Source of the DNA: Eledone cirrhosa
Taxonomy: Eukaryota
NCBI GenBank assembly: GCA_964016885.1
Contig: OZ024743.1
Location: forward strand, 202,740,001-202,804,000
Length of the DNA: 64,000 nucleotides
Direction of reading: 5' to 3'
Program-made: the position numbers and the translations under genes
In this document: piece after piece, positions 39,890-54,819 of the stretch
Position numbering within the stretch: the stretch's first letter is position 1
How the letters are laid out: each line of letters opens with the position of its first letter
Notes under the pieces: generated by a model
Seen by the model: the letters and a program-made list of their open reading frames with translations, nothing else
What the model was told of the DNA's origin: nothing
Database searches by the model: none

Positions 39890-40182
39890 AAGTAGAGCTA
39901 TAAGAAGCACTATCGGCCAATACAAGCCAAAAACTCAGAAGATTATGGAGTATACATACATTAAAGCATAGGAAAATTATCAAGTAAAAATTGCTAAGGA
40001 AGTGAATAACATTTTGAACCCATATTACAAATATAGTACAATGCAAAAACTAAAACTAAACACAAGTGGTGATGTAAAGCGAGAATTACAGTACGATATA
40101 TAATATAATATAATATAATATAATATAATTAATAATGATAATAATAATAATATTAAAAGGCCCAATATACATATATATGTAC

Positions 40183-40268
<86 letters not shown>

Positions 40269-40465
40269 ATACACATATCCATCAATACAAACACAAACTA
40301 ACACTTATTAAGAGTTTAAATATAAATATAATACATATATTATTTACAGTATAAAATGATAAAGAAATGAATAAAAATAAAAATATAATATATAATATAC
40401 TATATAATTTATAATACGAAGTGTTTGGCTTGTATTGGCCGATTGTGCTTCTTAAAGCTGTACTT

Positions 40466-40503
40466 GCCCTGATGAGTCCTTAATAGGACGAAACATTGTT
40501 GGC
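40466..40503 (+). ncRNA. Canonical-core minimal hammerhead ribozyme
   Basis: GCC-CTGATGA-GTCC/TTAATA/GGAC-GAAAC-ATT-GTT-GGC. Confidence 0.85.
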
Positions 40504-40657
40504 TAATAAAGACTTTTGATGTATTGAAGGCTTCTTTGGTTTATTTACATAATTCTTCGGCTCTGTTTAATTACATTGAGCTATATCTTTACTGTCATTT
40601 CTATAATATGAAGAGGGTGTTTAACTCCAACACACTCTAGTATTTTAATTCTTATAA

Positions 40658-40689
<32 letters not shown>

Positions 40690-40764
40690 ATATGGCATAG
40701 AATGAAACGAACTTTCATTTCTCACTCTTATTACGGCAGTTACTTAAATGTATGTATGTATGTA

Positions 40765-41109
40765 TGTATACGTACATACATATATGTATACAGACGTACA
40801 GTAGTATGTATATATATACATACATGCACACATATATAGATGCACGTATCGGTTTACCGAACATTTATTATAATGCACGGTTTGCTCGGTTTGTTTGTAA
40901 ACAAACAAACAGCCCGAATTACGCCGTACAGTGCTTAGGCAACCACGTCACCTTTTTGTTCAACACTGACACAGGAATGAGGTACTAGTTTCAAGCTTAT
41001 TAGCTATCTTCAGCATTGTATACCTTCCTGCCAGATGTTTGAACGTCTGAAAGTGTATACTTTCCTTATGCATATTAACGGCTGAGCAGCCTAATTTGCA
41101 TATCGAGTG

Positions 41110-41113
<4 letters not shown>
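40765..41113 (+). repeat. Unclassified dispersed repeat, second copy at ~49975-50308
   Basis: GTATACAGACGTACAGTAGTATG...TTTACCGAACATTTATTATAATG...TTTGCATATCGAGTGAGTT is shared. Confidence 0.8.
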
Positions 41114-41157
<44 letters not shown>

Positions 41158-41692
41158 GTTATTTATGCCTATAAACACTTCCATTTTTCGGAGCTTGGCA
41201 AAGTTCCAATTGTTCTATTTTTTGTGAAAATTGATCTAAATTTACCATAATACAATGTATTATGTGATACATATTCATAATGTTTTGTACAGATCATACG
41301 GGCTATATAGTTACTGAGGAAATGACCTTATTAAATTAAAGAAGCACTACTCCCAATGGCGCCCAGTGTTGCAGCTAAATGACAGAATGTCGTGCAAAGG
41401 GCATTCAAAATACATACACTCCATTCTAGATTTAAAGAATTTTTTCTCTCTCTCTCTCTCTGTATATATATATATATATATAGGAAAAGAGTCAAGACCC
41501 CGAAGGCAGAGCTTCTGTTCGTGTTTGATTGAGTGCATATGTCTGGTTGTGTGTGTATATATGCGTGTGTGTGTATATATATGTATAGATGTATATAAAC
41601 AATGATTTATATGGTTTGTTGATTATTCAACAAATTTTATTTTACAACAGATTAGAAGCAGTCTACAGGTTTTCTCAGGAGTATCATTAATA

Positions 41693-42018
41693 ATAAGAAT
41701 ATTAATAAATAGAAAATATTTTTATAAAACCATATTTATTTTATTATACGTATTTCAAGGGTTCTAATTATTAATTAGGCTTTCGTCAGATAAAATATAT
41801 TTGGTGTTAAGATAGTGACATATCTTCATGTGAACTTAATGGTATAAGTTCACTGAACTTACATCATTTAGTTAACAGAAAGATATGTCATTATCTTTAC
41901 ACCAAATATCATATTTTATCTGATGAAAGCGTACTTAAATATTAGTACCCTTGAAATACGTATAATAAAATAAATATGGTTTCATAAACATATTTTCCAT
42001 TTAATAATATTCTTAATA
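41693..42018. mobile_element. Palindromic HHR-bearing mini-element (family of 26010-26200)
   Basis: Minus-strand HHR ~41737-41797 and plus-strand HHR 41912-41972 (CTGAYGA-AAGC..CCTT-GAAA-TACGTA-TA-ATAAAATA); the arms have diverged. Confidence 0.8.
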
Positions 42019-42031
42019 TATATATATATAA

Positions 42032-42220
42032 ATAATTGTTTCTACTTTTGGCACAAGACCAGCAATTATCTGTATTACTGGTACTTTATTTTATCGACCC
42101 CGTAAGGATGAAAGGCAAAGTTAACCTCGGCAGAATTTGAACTCAGACCATAAAGGGCGTAACTGTTTGCTGCAAAGCATGGCGTCCGACCCTTTACCGA
42201 TACTGCGAATCCACCGCCCT
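42032..42220 (-). mobile_element. tRNA-derived SINE, full length
   Basis: Matches the consensus through ...AATCCACCGCCC. Confidence 0.85.
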
Positions 42221-42689
42221 GATATATATATATGAATTATATGTGTATCTATGTATATATGTGTGTGTGTGTCTGTGTGTGTGTGTGTGTCTGTATGTAA
42301 AAGGTAAACGGAAATAACAACACAATCGGTACAGTATATGGAAGCTATATATTGGGTTAACGCTTGATATAGCAGGAAGAGGGTCCTAACGTTCCGCTCG
42401 ACGCTAGTCCTTTATCAGAAGAAAGAATGAGAAATAAAATAGATTAAGGGGCCGGGCGGGATGGATGGGGAAAAATGTCTTTAGATAAAAATAATAGGGC
42501 CATTCATGTTGACATCTCTTGCAAAACTGTTGGTGCTGGCGTTATGTGTATGATTTGTTTTTTAGAAAAGTGTATGATAGCGCGCGTCTACCTGAAATGG
42601 AAAAAAAATGTTTTGTAAAAAGAGCTATACTTGAGCACGTGCGTAAGCATGAGCGTGTGTGTGTGTGCGCGCGTGTGTGTGTGTGTGTG

Positions 42690-42733
<44 letters not shown>

Positions 42734-42760
42734 AATGTAATCTAAGTTTTTCGAATATTA

Positions 42761-42907
42761 ATAATTGTTTCTTCTTTTGGCCCAAGGCCAGCAATTACAC
42801 AGTACATTACTGGTCCTTTCTTTTATCGACCCTGTAAGGTTGAAAGGCAAAGTTAACCTCGGCGGGATTTGAACTCAGATCATAAAGGACCGTAACTCTT
42901 TGCTGCA
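42761..42907 (-). mobile_element. SINE, 5'-truncated
   Basis: TTATCGACCCTGTAAGGTTGAAAGGCAAAGTTAACCTCGGCGGGATTTGAACTC. Confidence 0.82.
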
Positions 42908-43251
42908 AATAAAAACATTCGATTCGTTTGCAATTATGCAAACAAGCCTCATTTTTAAAGCCATGTCAGTAGAATGAACACTTCATTCTTGCTCTTGTGT
43001 TGGCATGTAAACAGAACTGCAGAGACTAATGTTTCTGGGTACCACCCTTTTTCTAAAATATAGTGACTGATCGGCTTGCTTTGCATGTTAGCAGACTGGC
43101 TGATCAGTCAGATCTGCATATTAGTAGATCCACTGATCAGCCAGATTTGCATATCAGGAGTGTGGCCAGTCAATATCCTGTATACAAACGATAAATGTCC
43201 GGTTTGCCACATTCAAATAAAAAAAAGACATGTTTTTTTATGTAAGAAAGA

Positions 43252-43289
<38 letters not shown>

Positions 43290-43509
43290 CGTTTCTGAAT
43301 TTGTTTAGCAAGATTCTTTATCTGAAATCGTGTGTTGAAACCGATATTGTTATACTTTGGGAGGGTCATGTTGCCAATAAGAAACACACGCACCAGTTGC
43401 TTTCACTTCAATTTATTATATATTTATAAATTTATAAATTTACAAATCTACAAACTTATAAATTTCTGGTTGGTTGGTTGGTTCCACAACCAGACAGTTG
43501 TTTATATAG

Positions 43510-43554
43510 AGTCATAGTCCTTTCGTCACACACTCTGCGACCTCTTCAGTGACC
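43510..43554 (-). ncRNA. Hammerhead ribozyme (hypermutated copy, core intact)
   Basis: Mirror of 45049-45093. Confidence 0.72.
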
Positions 43555-43911
43555 GGGGACTCCTTTCTTTGTCTCTGCGCCATTCCTTTCTTGTCCTACG
43601 CCATTTTGTCCCTGTGTGTGCGCCGCGCGCTCAGTCTGCGCATGCGCCACATCCGGGTGTCTGTGTGTGCCCGTGTTCACTCATCCATTTGTTTATTTAT
43701 TTACATGTTGTTGGCTGGCTGCCTGTTCCATGTGTGTGTGTGCCCCCATTCTGTCCCTAATTGTAAGTTGCGATGCCGCCGCTCCACCCACACCTTCTAT
43801 CCAATTTTGGTTGTAATTCTTTCATGCCTACTGCCTCTGCAATTTGCCTAAACATTGCATCCTCCCTGTGTGTGGATTCCATCTCTACTTCCATGTTCTC
43901 TAATCAACCAA

Positions 43912-44844
43912 AACAACCAAAAACAAATCCTCCATTCCCATTGTGCCAGGCCCATGGCTTCTAAACGTCTGGTCCACCGAGGCTCGGCCGTTTCGGACCA
44001 TGCCAAAATCGACGTACTGATTGCGGATTTGGTACGGGTGATGAGAAATGTGTCCCGCGTGTGCGGCCCCGAGGAGCTAGAGAGACACATACGGCACTTC
44101 ATCCACCGTGTGCGGTTCTCTGGCTACGATCAGAGAGATAGAGTCAGAGTGTATGGAGGAGCCAGAACCAAATAAGAAAAAATGGTGAATATTGACATAA
44201 ATGGGACCTGCCCCTTGTATAGGAGCAAATTTTGGAATAGAATAGAGAGAACTGGGAACGGGGCCGATAGAGTGAACTCATGGTATGATAGCAATAAGTG
44301 CCAGGGTGTGGTGTTCATCGATACAACCCCTGGAGGCGAGCTAGCCTACAAGTTTAGAGGGGCCCTAAATAAACATGAGCTCAATGTTGGGATAGTCGAA
44401 AGACCGGGTGCCTCCGTAAAAACACTTATTAGCAAGACATGCCCGTTCCAAAGACCCTCGTGTGTGGATAGGGAATGTATAACCTGTGAAATGAGCCCCC
44501 ATATTGGCTGTGAGGCTGGAGGTGTGGTGTATGGCATGGGATGTGCTGAGGGACAATGTAGAAACAAAAATGTGGTGTACATAGGTGGGACGGCTCGTGG
44601 TGTGGCGGAGCGGGTGGGTGGGCACTGGCGAGACCTTCAAGATAGTGGGGAATCATCTTTACTCTACCAACATGCTAAGATGGAGCACAAGGATGGATTA
44701 GAGAACATGGAAGTAGAGATGGAATCCACACACAGGGAGGATGCAATGTTTAGGCAAATTGCAGAGGCAGTAGGCATGAAAGAATTACAACCAAAATTGG
44801 ATAGAAGGTGTGGGTGGAGCGGCGGCATCGCAACTTACAATTAG
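43912..44844 (+). pseudogene. Hypermutated PLE thumb plus GIY-YIG
   Basis: HYAKPMTS>HCARPMAS, CKTRNVVYSIRC>CEAGGVVYGMGC, YIGETAR>YIGGTAR; TGG>TAA stop at 44173-44175. Confidence 0.9.
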
Positions 44845-45048
44845 GGACAAAATGAGGGCACACACACACATGGAACAGGCAGCCAGCCAACAACATGTAA
44901 ATAAATAAACAAATGGATAAGTGAACACGGGCACACACAGACACCCGGATGTGGCGCATGCACAGACTGAGCGCGCGGCGCACACACAGGGACAAAATGG
45001 CGTAGGACAGAAGAAAGGAAAGGCGCAGAGACAAAGAAAGGAGTCCCC

Positions 45049-45093
45049 GGTCACTGAAGAGGTCGCAGAGTGTGTGACGAAAGGACTATGACT
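45049..45093 (+). ncRNA. Hammerhead ribozyme (hypermutated copy, core intact)
   Basis: GGTCA-CTGAAGA-G-GTCGCA/GAGTG/TGTGAC-GAAA-GGAC-TA-TGACT. Confidence 0.72.
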
Positions 45094-45255
45094 ATATATA
45101 AACAACTGTCTGGTTGTGGAACCAACCAACCAACCAGAAATTTATAAGTTTGTAGATTTGTAAATTTATAAATTTATAAATATATAATAAATTGAAGTGA
45201 AAGCAACTGGTGCGTGTGTTTCTTATTGGCAACATGACCCTCCCAAAGTATAACA

Positions 45256-45382
<127 letters not shown>

Positions 45383-46921
45383 AGATTGGTGGCCGTAAAA
45401 GCCAGTTAAACCATTACTTACCAGAGTACACGATACTTGGGCTGGAAGAGTGGGTAAAATGAAAAATTCGGGACCCTGACGGCTGAGCTCCGGTCATTTC
45501 AACATCTAGATCCGTTCATATCTGTATATATATAATATTAGTACAGATTACATGATTAAGCATAGAATCTCTGATTTTTTTCCCTAAGAAGGATCATCTG
45601 AAAATTTAAGATAACTCTGCCAAGGATGAAAGCAAATTTTTTTTATTAAACTTTTAATCTGTAGTAATAATAAATATTTGTTTTATTGGTTTATATATAC
45701 TCGAATGGATTTTGGTCTTTGTATTTATTATTTGTCATAGTACCATTGATGTTGGATATTTCTTAAATCATTTTGCAATTATGAGAATTTAGAATTGTTT
45801 CATCATGAAAGAATTTTTGCTAAGATTTTGTTTGTCCCTAATTAAGTTATATTTCAGGTTTGTTATCGGTAAACCAGCCATTAGTTCTCGTTAATATCAT
45901 ACCTATATGACACAGATTCTGCCTGGAAAAACCTTTATTTTGAAATTATCTTAAATCTTTGAAATTTCCTCAAAATTGTGGATAGTAACGAAAGACTTGC
46001 CATTTGACACATCAACATTTTTTTGTTAATTTAGTCCCAGTCTCTCTGGTTTTCGGTCTTATAAATAGATTGAAGTTGGCCCTAACTAATCGAGGATCAG
46101 TCCAGCACCCTGCTCGTCTCATTCTACCCACATTTTAAAACTAAAATATAATCAATCATATGCCAATACTTACACCCTGGTTACATACATGTTGATATAT
46201 ATTTACCTGTTTATTATTACGCGTTGATGTTCAATGTAAAAAGGGAGTCCTGAAACACCATTTCAGTTGTAATTTCCTACACCATGTCTACCCAAGACCG
46301 GCCAGGTCAGGAAATCAGAACCAGCCCTCAAGTTGAAGTCGCCCATAATTACCTGCTTATCAGCACCTGGTTAATTTTTCACAAATTCTTAAAATTCGTT
46401 GTAAATTGTTCAATAGGTTTTTCTTAGTGAAACATTGTGGGAGGGTAAACCCTTATTATTCTATGGAATTTTTGAAATGAGATGGCATGATATATGTTTT
46501 GAGGAACCACAGGGATAACATTCAAATGATGACATATGAAAGTTTCTATTAGCCAGGCCAACATCTGATTCTATGCTTTGATCTTCTGCTACACCTTTCT
46601 AGAAGAAAGTGTAACCGTATCTAATTTCATTGAGCTGATCATCTTGGCGTTTCACAAGGATTGCCACTATAACTCTTCACACCTTAGTAAATTAATAGTG
46701 GACAATCCCATTATAAACATACACACACATCCATACATACACACACATATATATATATATGGGATAACAAGTTATTGTTTTAGGTAATCCAGTTAGAGGT
46801 TGTGAGTACTCTGAACTATGGATAGTTTTAACGTACGGCGTTGTTTGACTCAACTAGAGGTTACCTTAGTTAGGTAGCGAGTTTGCGAGAAGTCCCATGT
46901 AGGTTATTATTGGAGTAATAG

Positions 46922-47140
46922 TAGTGAAAGAGTGAAGAATATCATGGTGGGCTGTACAAAAAGGGTTTTATTTACAGTAATACCAATTATTTCATTGATC
47001 AGGTGAGTCTAAAGGCCGCTAATCACACGAAGTTGCGTCACTCGACCTAAAAGACTCACCTGATCAATGAAACAATTGGTAATACTGTAAATAAAACCTT
47101 TTTTGTGCAACCGACTATGTTATTCTTCACTCTTTCACTA
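46922..47140. repeat. Foldback element, ~95-bp arms
   Basis: TAGTGAAAGAGTGAAGAATA...TTTCATTGATCAGGTGAGTCT / AGACTCACCTGATCAATGAAA...TATTCTTCACTCTTTCACTA. Confidence 0.8.
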
Positions 47141-47398
47141 TATATATACACGTATGTGTATGTGGTGTGTGTATGGCACTGCCCACTCTCTATCTTTCTA
47201 TCTTTCTGTTTCTTCTTAAATCTATCATTCTATTTACACTGATGAAAGACTGGCGTCCAAAACGTTCAACCTTTCCTACTATATCATGTGTAAAACTAAT
47301 ATCATTTCTTCAGTACACTCCGTCCTTTTCTTTGTTATCTCTGTTTGCCTGTTGCATACACACATACAAACACACACATATACACACCCACCCACCCT

Positions 47399-47429
<31 letters not shown>

Positions 47430-47430
47430 A

Positions 47431-47562
<132 letters not shown>

Positions 47563-48515
47563 AATATACATATATACATGTTACATGTTTATATTCCGTA
47601 TACCGGTGATTGTTAGTTCTATCTAGCTGCCTTTCTATCAACGTGAACATTTTATAGGACATATGTGTTTATAGGAAATAGTGGGAAAGTGTTAACTTCT
47701 ACCTTCAGTTGTGGGGTAATGAGAGTGATAGCTTTAATGTGATGTTGGGTGATTACCTAGGTTTTTAATTCGTTTGCGTGTAGTGATCTCCTTAATTGTA
47801 TGGATGTGTTTGTTTCGAGTGTTTCGTTAAACAATATATGATTAAATAAAGAGATTGAAGTAAAAATCTGTTTAAGTGGCCATATATGTTATTTTATTGT
47901 TGTTGGTTTAGAATGATATTAGTCATGTTAGTGGTGATAGTGTCGGCAGCAACGGCTGTAGAGATAAAGCTGGTGTTGTTATTGTTGCGTTATTGCTCTG
48001 GCTGTAATGGTATTATTAGTAATTATCGTAGTTGTGATGATGGTAATTTTGTTGTTTGTAGTGTTAGTGGATTTCGTGGAGAGGGTTGACTTATTAAGTG
48101 TTCGGCTCTAATTGATTTAGTAGCTGAGTAGACACATGGGTCACACTATAACTGAAGAAATAGATATAGACAGCGGAATATATAATATGGTTAAAAGTTA
48201 ATACATAAAAATAACAAAAATAAAAATGCAGTTTGATTTTGATGAAATTAAATATTTCTTAATTAGTGAATGGGGACAGCTGTGTTGGTAAACGTATCTT
48301 TATTATTAATTTGAGACAGTGTAGATGAATGAGGGAATGAGTGTTTGTTGAGTGATCGTGGGAATATTGCAATTAAGCGGTTATTCAGTAAGAAACACGT
48401 ATATAGGCATATGTGTGCATGGTGAGACATTCACAGAGGTACATGCATACACGCGGTAACACATACATGGATACATATATAACCATACATATACATATAT
48501 ATGTATGTTTGCGCG

Positions 48516-48558
<43 letters not shown>

Positions 48559-48706
48559 GCACCACACATACATACACACATAAACACACACACACATATA
48601 TATATGCATATATGTATGCATATATATATATTATATAATATATATATATATATGTAAATATCTGTGTGTGTGTACATACATAAATACACACACATATATA
48701 TGTACA

Positions 48707-48779
<73 letters not shown>

Positions 48780-48950
48780 CCATTGCAAGAATGATTTTTT
48801 GACGATATTCACCTATATGCCAAGTAAATATAACACCTAACATAATACCTCGCTTACATATCACATATGCGGCTATCAATCAGAAATATGAAATCACACA
48901 TATATCATTTCAGTCCCTCGACTTAAATATGTGACTTATACATACATACA

Positions 48951-49071
<121 letters not shown>

Positions 49072-50604
49072 GTTTGTGTGCGCGTGTGTATGTGTGTATT
49101 TGTATATATGTATATATATCATAATATAAAAATGCGAGCTTACAACTTACAAACATTTATGTGTACGTGTATTTATATGCCTATATTTGCCTGTGTGTTA
49201 TAACTAAATGTTCATAGAGATTTTTTTTTTTTACACAAGATCTAATATTCAGACAACGTCTGAGGTTATATGTGACATCATTGCAAAAATAAATGCAAAC
49301 TGCACTAGCCAAAATGTCAACAAACCGAGATCCTCCTTAATGGCACACGAGAATAGAATATAGAACAATATACATTAAATAATAATGTAGAAAAGTTGAG
49401 GGTTACTAGAAATGGACAAATCATTTCTACCATAACTGACAGACATTTTCCCTCACTTCCCTCCTCCCTAATCTATTAACAGTAAAGCCAATAAAATATA
49501 ATAGAATATAATTTGGAAAGAAGAAAGATGTAACCCATATATTGATCAACGAATAGAAGCGTACTTTTACTAACCTCGCTGTACTGCATATTTGTGATAT
49601 CTGTTTTTCTCTCTAACTCTCTATCAGTACTCCTCTCTTACTCTCGCTTCCACAATACACACACACACTTTACTGTTATATATATATATATTAGACTCAC
49701 ACACACGCACTCATATACTAATATATATATATATAGAGAGAGAGAGAGAGGGAGATAGAGAGAGGGGAGAGAGAGAAAGAGAGAGAGGGAGGAGTATGTG
49801 TGAAAGCATGTGGAGACACAGAGAGGATATATATATATATTAATACGAAACCATGATAGGGAGATCTATATATGAATTTGTCAAGTTACCAAAATGTTTT
49901 CGTCTATCTTGTTTATACTCCCAGAATTATAGTTTTTTTTTCTAATTCAATTTTAATATATATATAAATATATATATACGTACATACAAATATGTATACA
50001 GACGTACAGTAGTATGTATATACATACATAGATGCACGCATATATATATGTACGTATGGGTTTACCGAACATTTATTATAATGTTCGGTTTGTTTGTAAA
50101 CAAACAGCCCGAATTAAGCCGTACGATGTTCGGCAACTATCGTCACCCTTTTGTTCAACACTGACAAAGGAACGATGAACTAGTTTCTAACTTATTAGCT
50201 ATCATCAGCACCGTATACCTTCCTGTCAGTTGATTGAACGTTTGAAAGTATATACTTTCCTTATGCATATTAACGGTTGAGCAGAGTAATTTGCATATCG
50301 AGTGAGTTAGTCGATAAATGGTAAAAATGAAATTTCATTTCTCACTCTTGTTTCTAAGAGTGAGAAATGAAATTTCATTTTTTCCATGAAATTTCATTTC
50401 ATAGTGATAGCTAGATAGATAGATAAATAGATAGATAGATCAGCTAGTATTATTCTCACTCTCTCCTTTTTAAAATTAACTTCAACTGTCTTTCTTCCAC
50501 TTTCAACAAATACAGAGGAATATTTCCGAATCATTTACGTTGCACCGTAACATTTTCTATCCTACTGGAAGTATGTAATCGCTGTGGCTTTCACAGATAA
50601 CCAA

Positions 50605-50648
<44 letters not shown>

Positions 50649-50671
50649 ACACGCACACACACACACGCACG

Positions 50672-50709
<38 letters not shown>

Positions 50710-52305
50710 AACAAACAAACAAACAAACAAATACAAACACACACATACATACATACATACATAAATACATACATACATACATACATGCATACATTCATTC
50801 ATACATTCATGCATGCATACGTTCGTACACATACTCACACATACTGATAGGGGAAATTGTACCAACTTACGTAATATTCAAAACAATGATTTATCGATAT
50901 TTAAGGATTTTTTCTTTTGAGAGAGAGATCGTCTATATTTAAATTCCTATATCTGAAATCTACTTTAGATTGCGAGATAAAAATATTTCCATGAATATTT
51001 TACAATATTTCAAGAGGATTTAGAAGTCACTAAAATTCTCTGTTAAGATAAATCTTTCAAATCCGGAACTTTACATTTCTATAAATGGCTTTCTTATTAT
51101 TCCATTTGTATGTCCATAAAATATTTATGGACAAAATCCGTTTCATTTCATTTATATCTCTTGATAAAGAACAAAAGAAATACTAGTGCGTTTCTGTTTG
51201 TATATGATGACTGACTTGAGTAATTCTCATGTAAGGAAATGCATATGTCTGCCAGTATGTCATCACAGAATCTTCTTTGAACAGTAGACGACTGAAATCA
51301 GAATAAGCGCTGGTTTGTTTACGCTTCTCTTCTATCATAATCCCATCCCCCAAAAGTTCTCAATACTGGCTGCCACATAATTGTTACGTGAAGATATAGA
51401 CTATGCATGGTCGAATGTTTAAGAAGGTCCTTTCACATTCATTATGTACCGGGTTCAAATCCACTACTTGGCATCTTGTATAGATGTCATTTACCATATC
51501 CTCAGGTCGTCTCATCCCTTGTGAGTTATATTGGGTAGGGTGGAAGCTGTTTACATGTTCGACGAAGGAACTATGTCCGTAATTCAAAGGATCAGGCTAG
51601 TTACACACTGTTTCTCGGTGAAACCTCCTGAGAATACTTTATCGATGACCAAGTTCTCACAAACAAAATCCAAATCACTGGAATTTGAAATCAAACCTTA
51701 AAGGAACATAATTAAATAACATAAATAATCTTATACACCCTACCATCGATTCTGCCAATAAACCCAACTTGACAATCTCACGATTCAAGAATTCAATCAA
51801 ATAAATAGCCTGATTCTGAACTTATGTGCAAGATGCCGAGCATTGTAAAAAAGGTGTACCTCTTAACGTAGTTTTCACGGATATTCAGTGACAGCGTTGT
51901 GTTTTATGATTGACCTATTGAATTAAAGGGACAGTGCATTCGACGGATTCCTCACAGTTTCTCTCGATTCAATTTCACACACATGTCCAGGATCGACTAT
52001 ATCCTTGTAATAACAGGAAATCAACGTAGCTTCCTTTACATTTCTCTCCATAATGGCATAACGGAGAGAAGTTATTTCTCAGCACCAGATGTTGCTGGGG
52101 AACGACAGGCAAAACTCTCCAAATTATATCAAACTAATTTTCTCTGTGATCGAAAGCATTATATTCCCGTTAAGAGAAATATTTATGTTCTACAACTACG
52201 TATATTGTCCACAGGAATCATTGTGTATTGACAGTTCTCAACTTCACTCTTCTTTCTCTACATCTCTCGTTAATTCTGTTTTGCTCAGTCTCAGTCTCTC
52301 TTTCT

Positions 52306-52380
<75 letters not shown>

Positions 52381-52603
52381 CTCCCCCATCTCTCTCTCTC
52401 TCAACATATGTGTGCGCGTGAGGATGTGTGTATTTGTGTGTGTTTTTGACAGCTTTCTAATTTTATCCTAGAAACATTATCGCTGTCTATTAAAAAATCG
52501 TATTTTCGTCAGTCCACCAGCCTCTCACATATTTGTGGCAGACCATACAAAGAAATCTGCATACATCAATGTGCAGAATCTTGTCCTGATACATAGCAAT
52601 ATG

Positions 52604-52668
<65 letters not shown>

Positions 52669-53439
52669 GGTGGGTTAATAACACACATACATATGTATCT
52701 GTTAGACACGCAGTGACTAACAACAGAATGTTTTAACTCTGCGTGTCATGCGAAGCTGAGGAATAAAATATTCAAGTGGTGTCGCTGGCCCTGGTGATCG
52801 CTGACAAACATGTTTTGTAATGTATCGTCTTATTGGCTAATTTCATCGTCTTATTGGCTAATCAACCAACGAGAGTAATTTTTGCTCAAAAGCATCCTTC
52901 ACTTTGTTTCCACGTTTATTTATCGTTTCGCTTTCGAATCTTCCTACTGTATTTCGTCGTTTAACATAAAAATATTTTTCTCGTTTTGGTAAGTTATATT
53001 TTTAATTTATATATGATTTTTTAAATTTATATTAACTATTTTTTTTTCAGTTCGTTATAACATGCTTATAATATTTGTTGTATCATATTTACTTGTATAT
53101 TTGTCCATATTATTGTTCCTTTTATGTTAGATTATCTTATCATTATTATGTTAGATTATTTTTTTATTATTATGTTAGACTATTTGTATGTAATATTTAT
53201 TTTTTGTTAATTCAACTATAGCAATTATTATGTAAAATATATTTATTTAATATCGATTATTTTTTTCGTAGTTGTTTATATTAAAAGTCTGAAAATAATT
53301 TTATACATCTTACAATAATATTTATAAGATCATTTATAAAATAACAATTATATAATCTAATTACATTACAGCGATAATTTATTATTAATATATATATATC
53401 ATGTTTAACTAGAGTTATTACAAGCGTTGCCTTAAAAAA

Positions 53440-53509
<70 letters not shown>

Positions 53510-53528
53510 TATATGTATATATACTAGA

Positions 53529-53963
53529 CCTGCAAAATGCGCAAGCTAAAAAGAGCCACAGAATTTTATAATAAATCTTCGAAAGTGTGGGACTAGAGTT
53601 GTTGCTCAAACATATTGTAATCATTATCTATCGTACACTCTGTGGCATCCTTTTATAAAAAAGAGACTCATAACGAACTCAAGACGACACGATAATTATT
53701 TAAGTGAATTTATAATATAGAATTCGGTTTAAGTGCATTTCGTATTAATCATTACTAACCATCTAATATGAGATATTGAACATTAGCTTAAATAATTATC
53801 GTGTCGTCTTGAATTCGTTATGAGTCTCTTTTTTATAAAAGGGTGCCACAGAGTGTACGATAGATAATGATTACAATATTTTTGAGCAACAACTCTAGTC
53901 CCACACTTTTGAAGGTTTATTATAACATTCTGTGGCTCTTTTGAGCTTGCGCATTTTTCAGGT
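53529..53963. mobile_element. MITE/foldback element with ~175-bp terminal inverted repeats and an ~80-bp spacer
   Basis: ACCTGCAAAATGCGCAAGCT...GATAATTATTTAAG / CTTAAATAATTATC...AGCTTGCGCATTTTTCAGGT; no HHR seen. Confidence 0.8.
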
Positions 53964-54774
53964 ATAATGTTGTTCAAGCTCTTATTATTTTCCTATTTAA
54001 AGTTATTGGAAACATCTAGTATTTTCTTTTCCAAAATAGCTTCAAAAATACATGTGTATCAGTTGAGTGATTTTCTATTTATACGAATGTTTATGCATAT
54101 TGTGCGTGTACCAAGTACTTGAATGTCTGTGTATCATTGTGGACACTCCGACAGGGAAATCCTAAAGATCACAAAATGGTGTTAAATAGTTCGATTGATT
54201 ATGACTGCATATACGTTGCCGTGATATGTTTTGTCTTGAGAAAGCAAGGAATCAGCAGAATATCTATCAGCCTTCACAGGATGCCGTTAAACAAGACTCG
54301 ACTCTTAATTATTTCATCGACCCACATACGATTAACGTCAAATTTTATCACAGCGAGATATGATTCCTGGAAGTTTCCCGCAAAGCATATTTTAATTCAT
54401 TTTAATGATGTTTCCCATATTTTTATTTAAATGAGTTCAAATATTTTTAATTGACAAAGAACTCTCTGAAATATGTAGATCTTAATATTTTTATCTAAAC
54501 AGTCGATGATACTACTACAGTCAAGTTCACCATCTATCGTTTCGTCTATCAATAATATTCTCCCACATTCATTTCCTTCCATCCAAGTTGATAACATAAC
54601 GTAGAGAAACGAAGTAGAAAGAATTATGTTAAATGTTCTTCCTTCTTTGTTATTTCAACAAATTATAGAAAAATGAACGTGGATTAATGTAATTACTCGA
54701 GTAACTGTTTAGGTCGTGAGTCTGGCAGTCGTAATATATTTGATCGTTAATCAAACCTTATTACTAAATATATA

Positions 54775-54819
<45 letters not shown>

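Larger units (their letters stand above)
39803..40655. mobile_element. Inverted pair of PLE-type 3' ends, each with a canonical hammerhead
   Basis: 39803-39932 mirrored at 40423-40553; the right side continues ~100 nt to (TA)n. Confidence 0.75.

Noticed and set aside
44173-44175. TGG>TAA as an APOBEC-type signature
   Set aside because: Only two G>A changes in a background of A>G; insufficient evidence.
45700-46720. Highly decayed PLE-like RT; similar faint LINE/PLE traces at 2900-3850, 5590-6070, 15020-15290 and 30690-31150
   Set aside because: Only scattered motif echoes; cannot be supported without a translated search.
47238-47275. HHR-like remnants (also 3755-3790, 5248-5305, 17107-17140, 42385-42420)
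   Set aside because: Core nucleotides are mutated or the stems are unconvincing; at most decayed.
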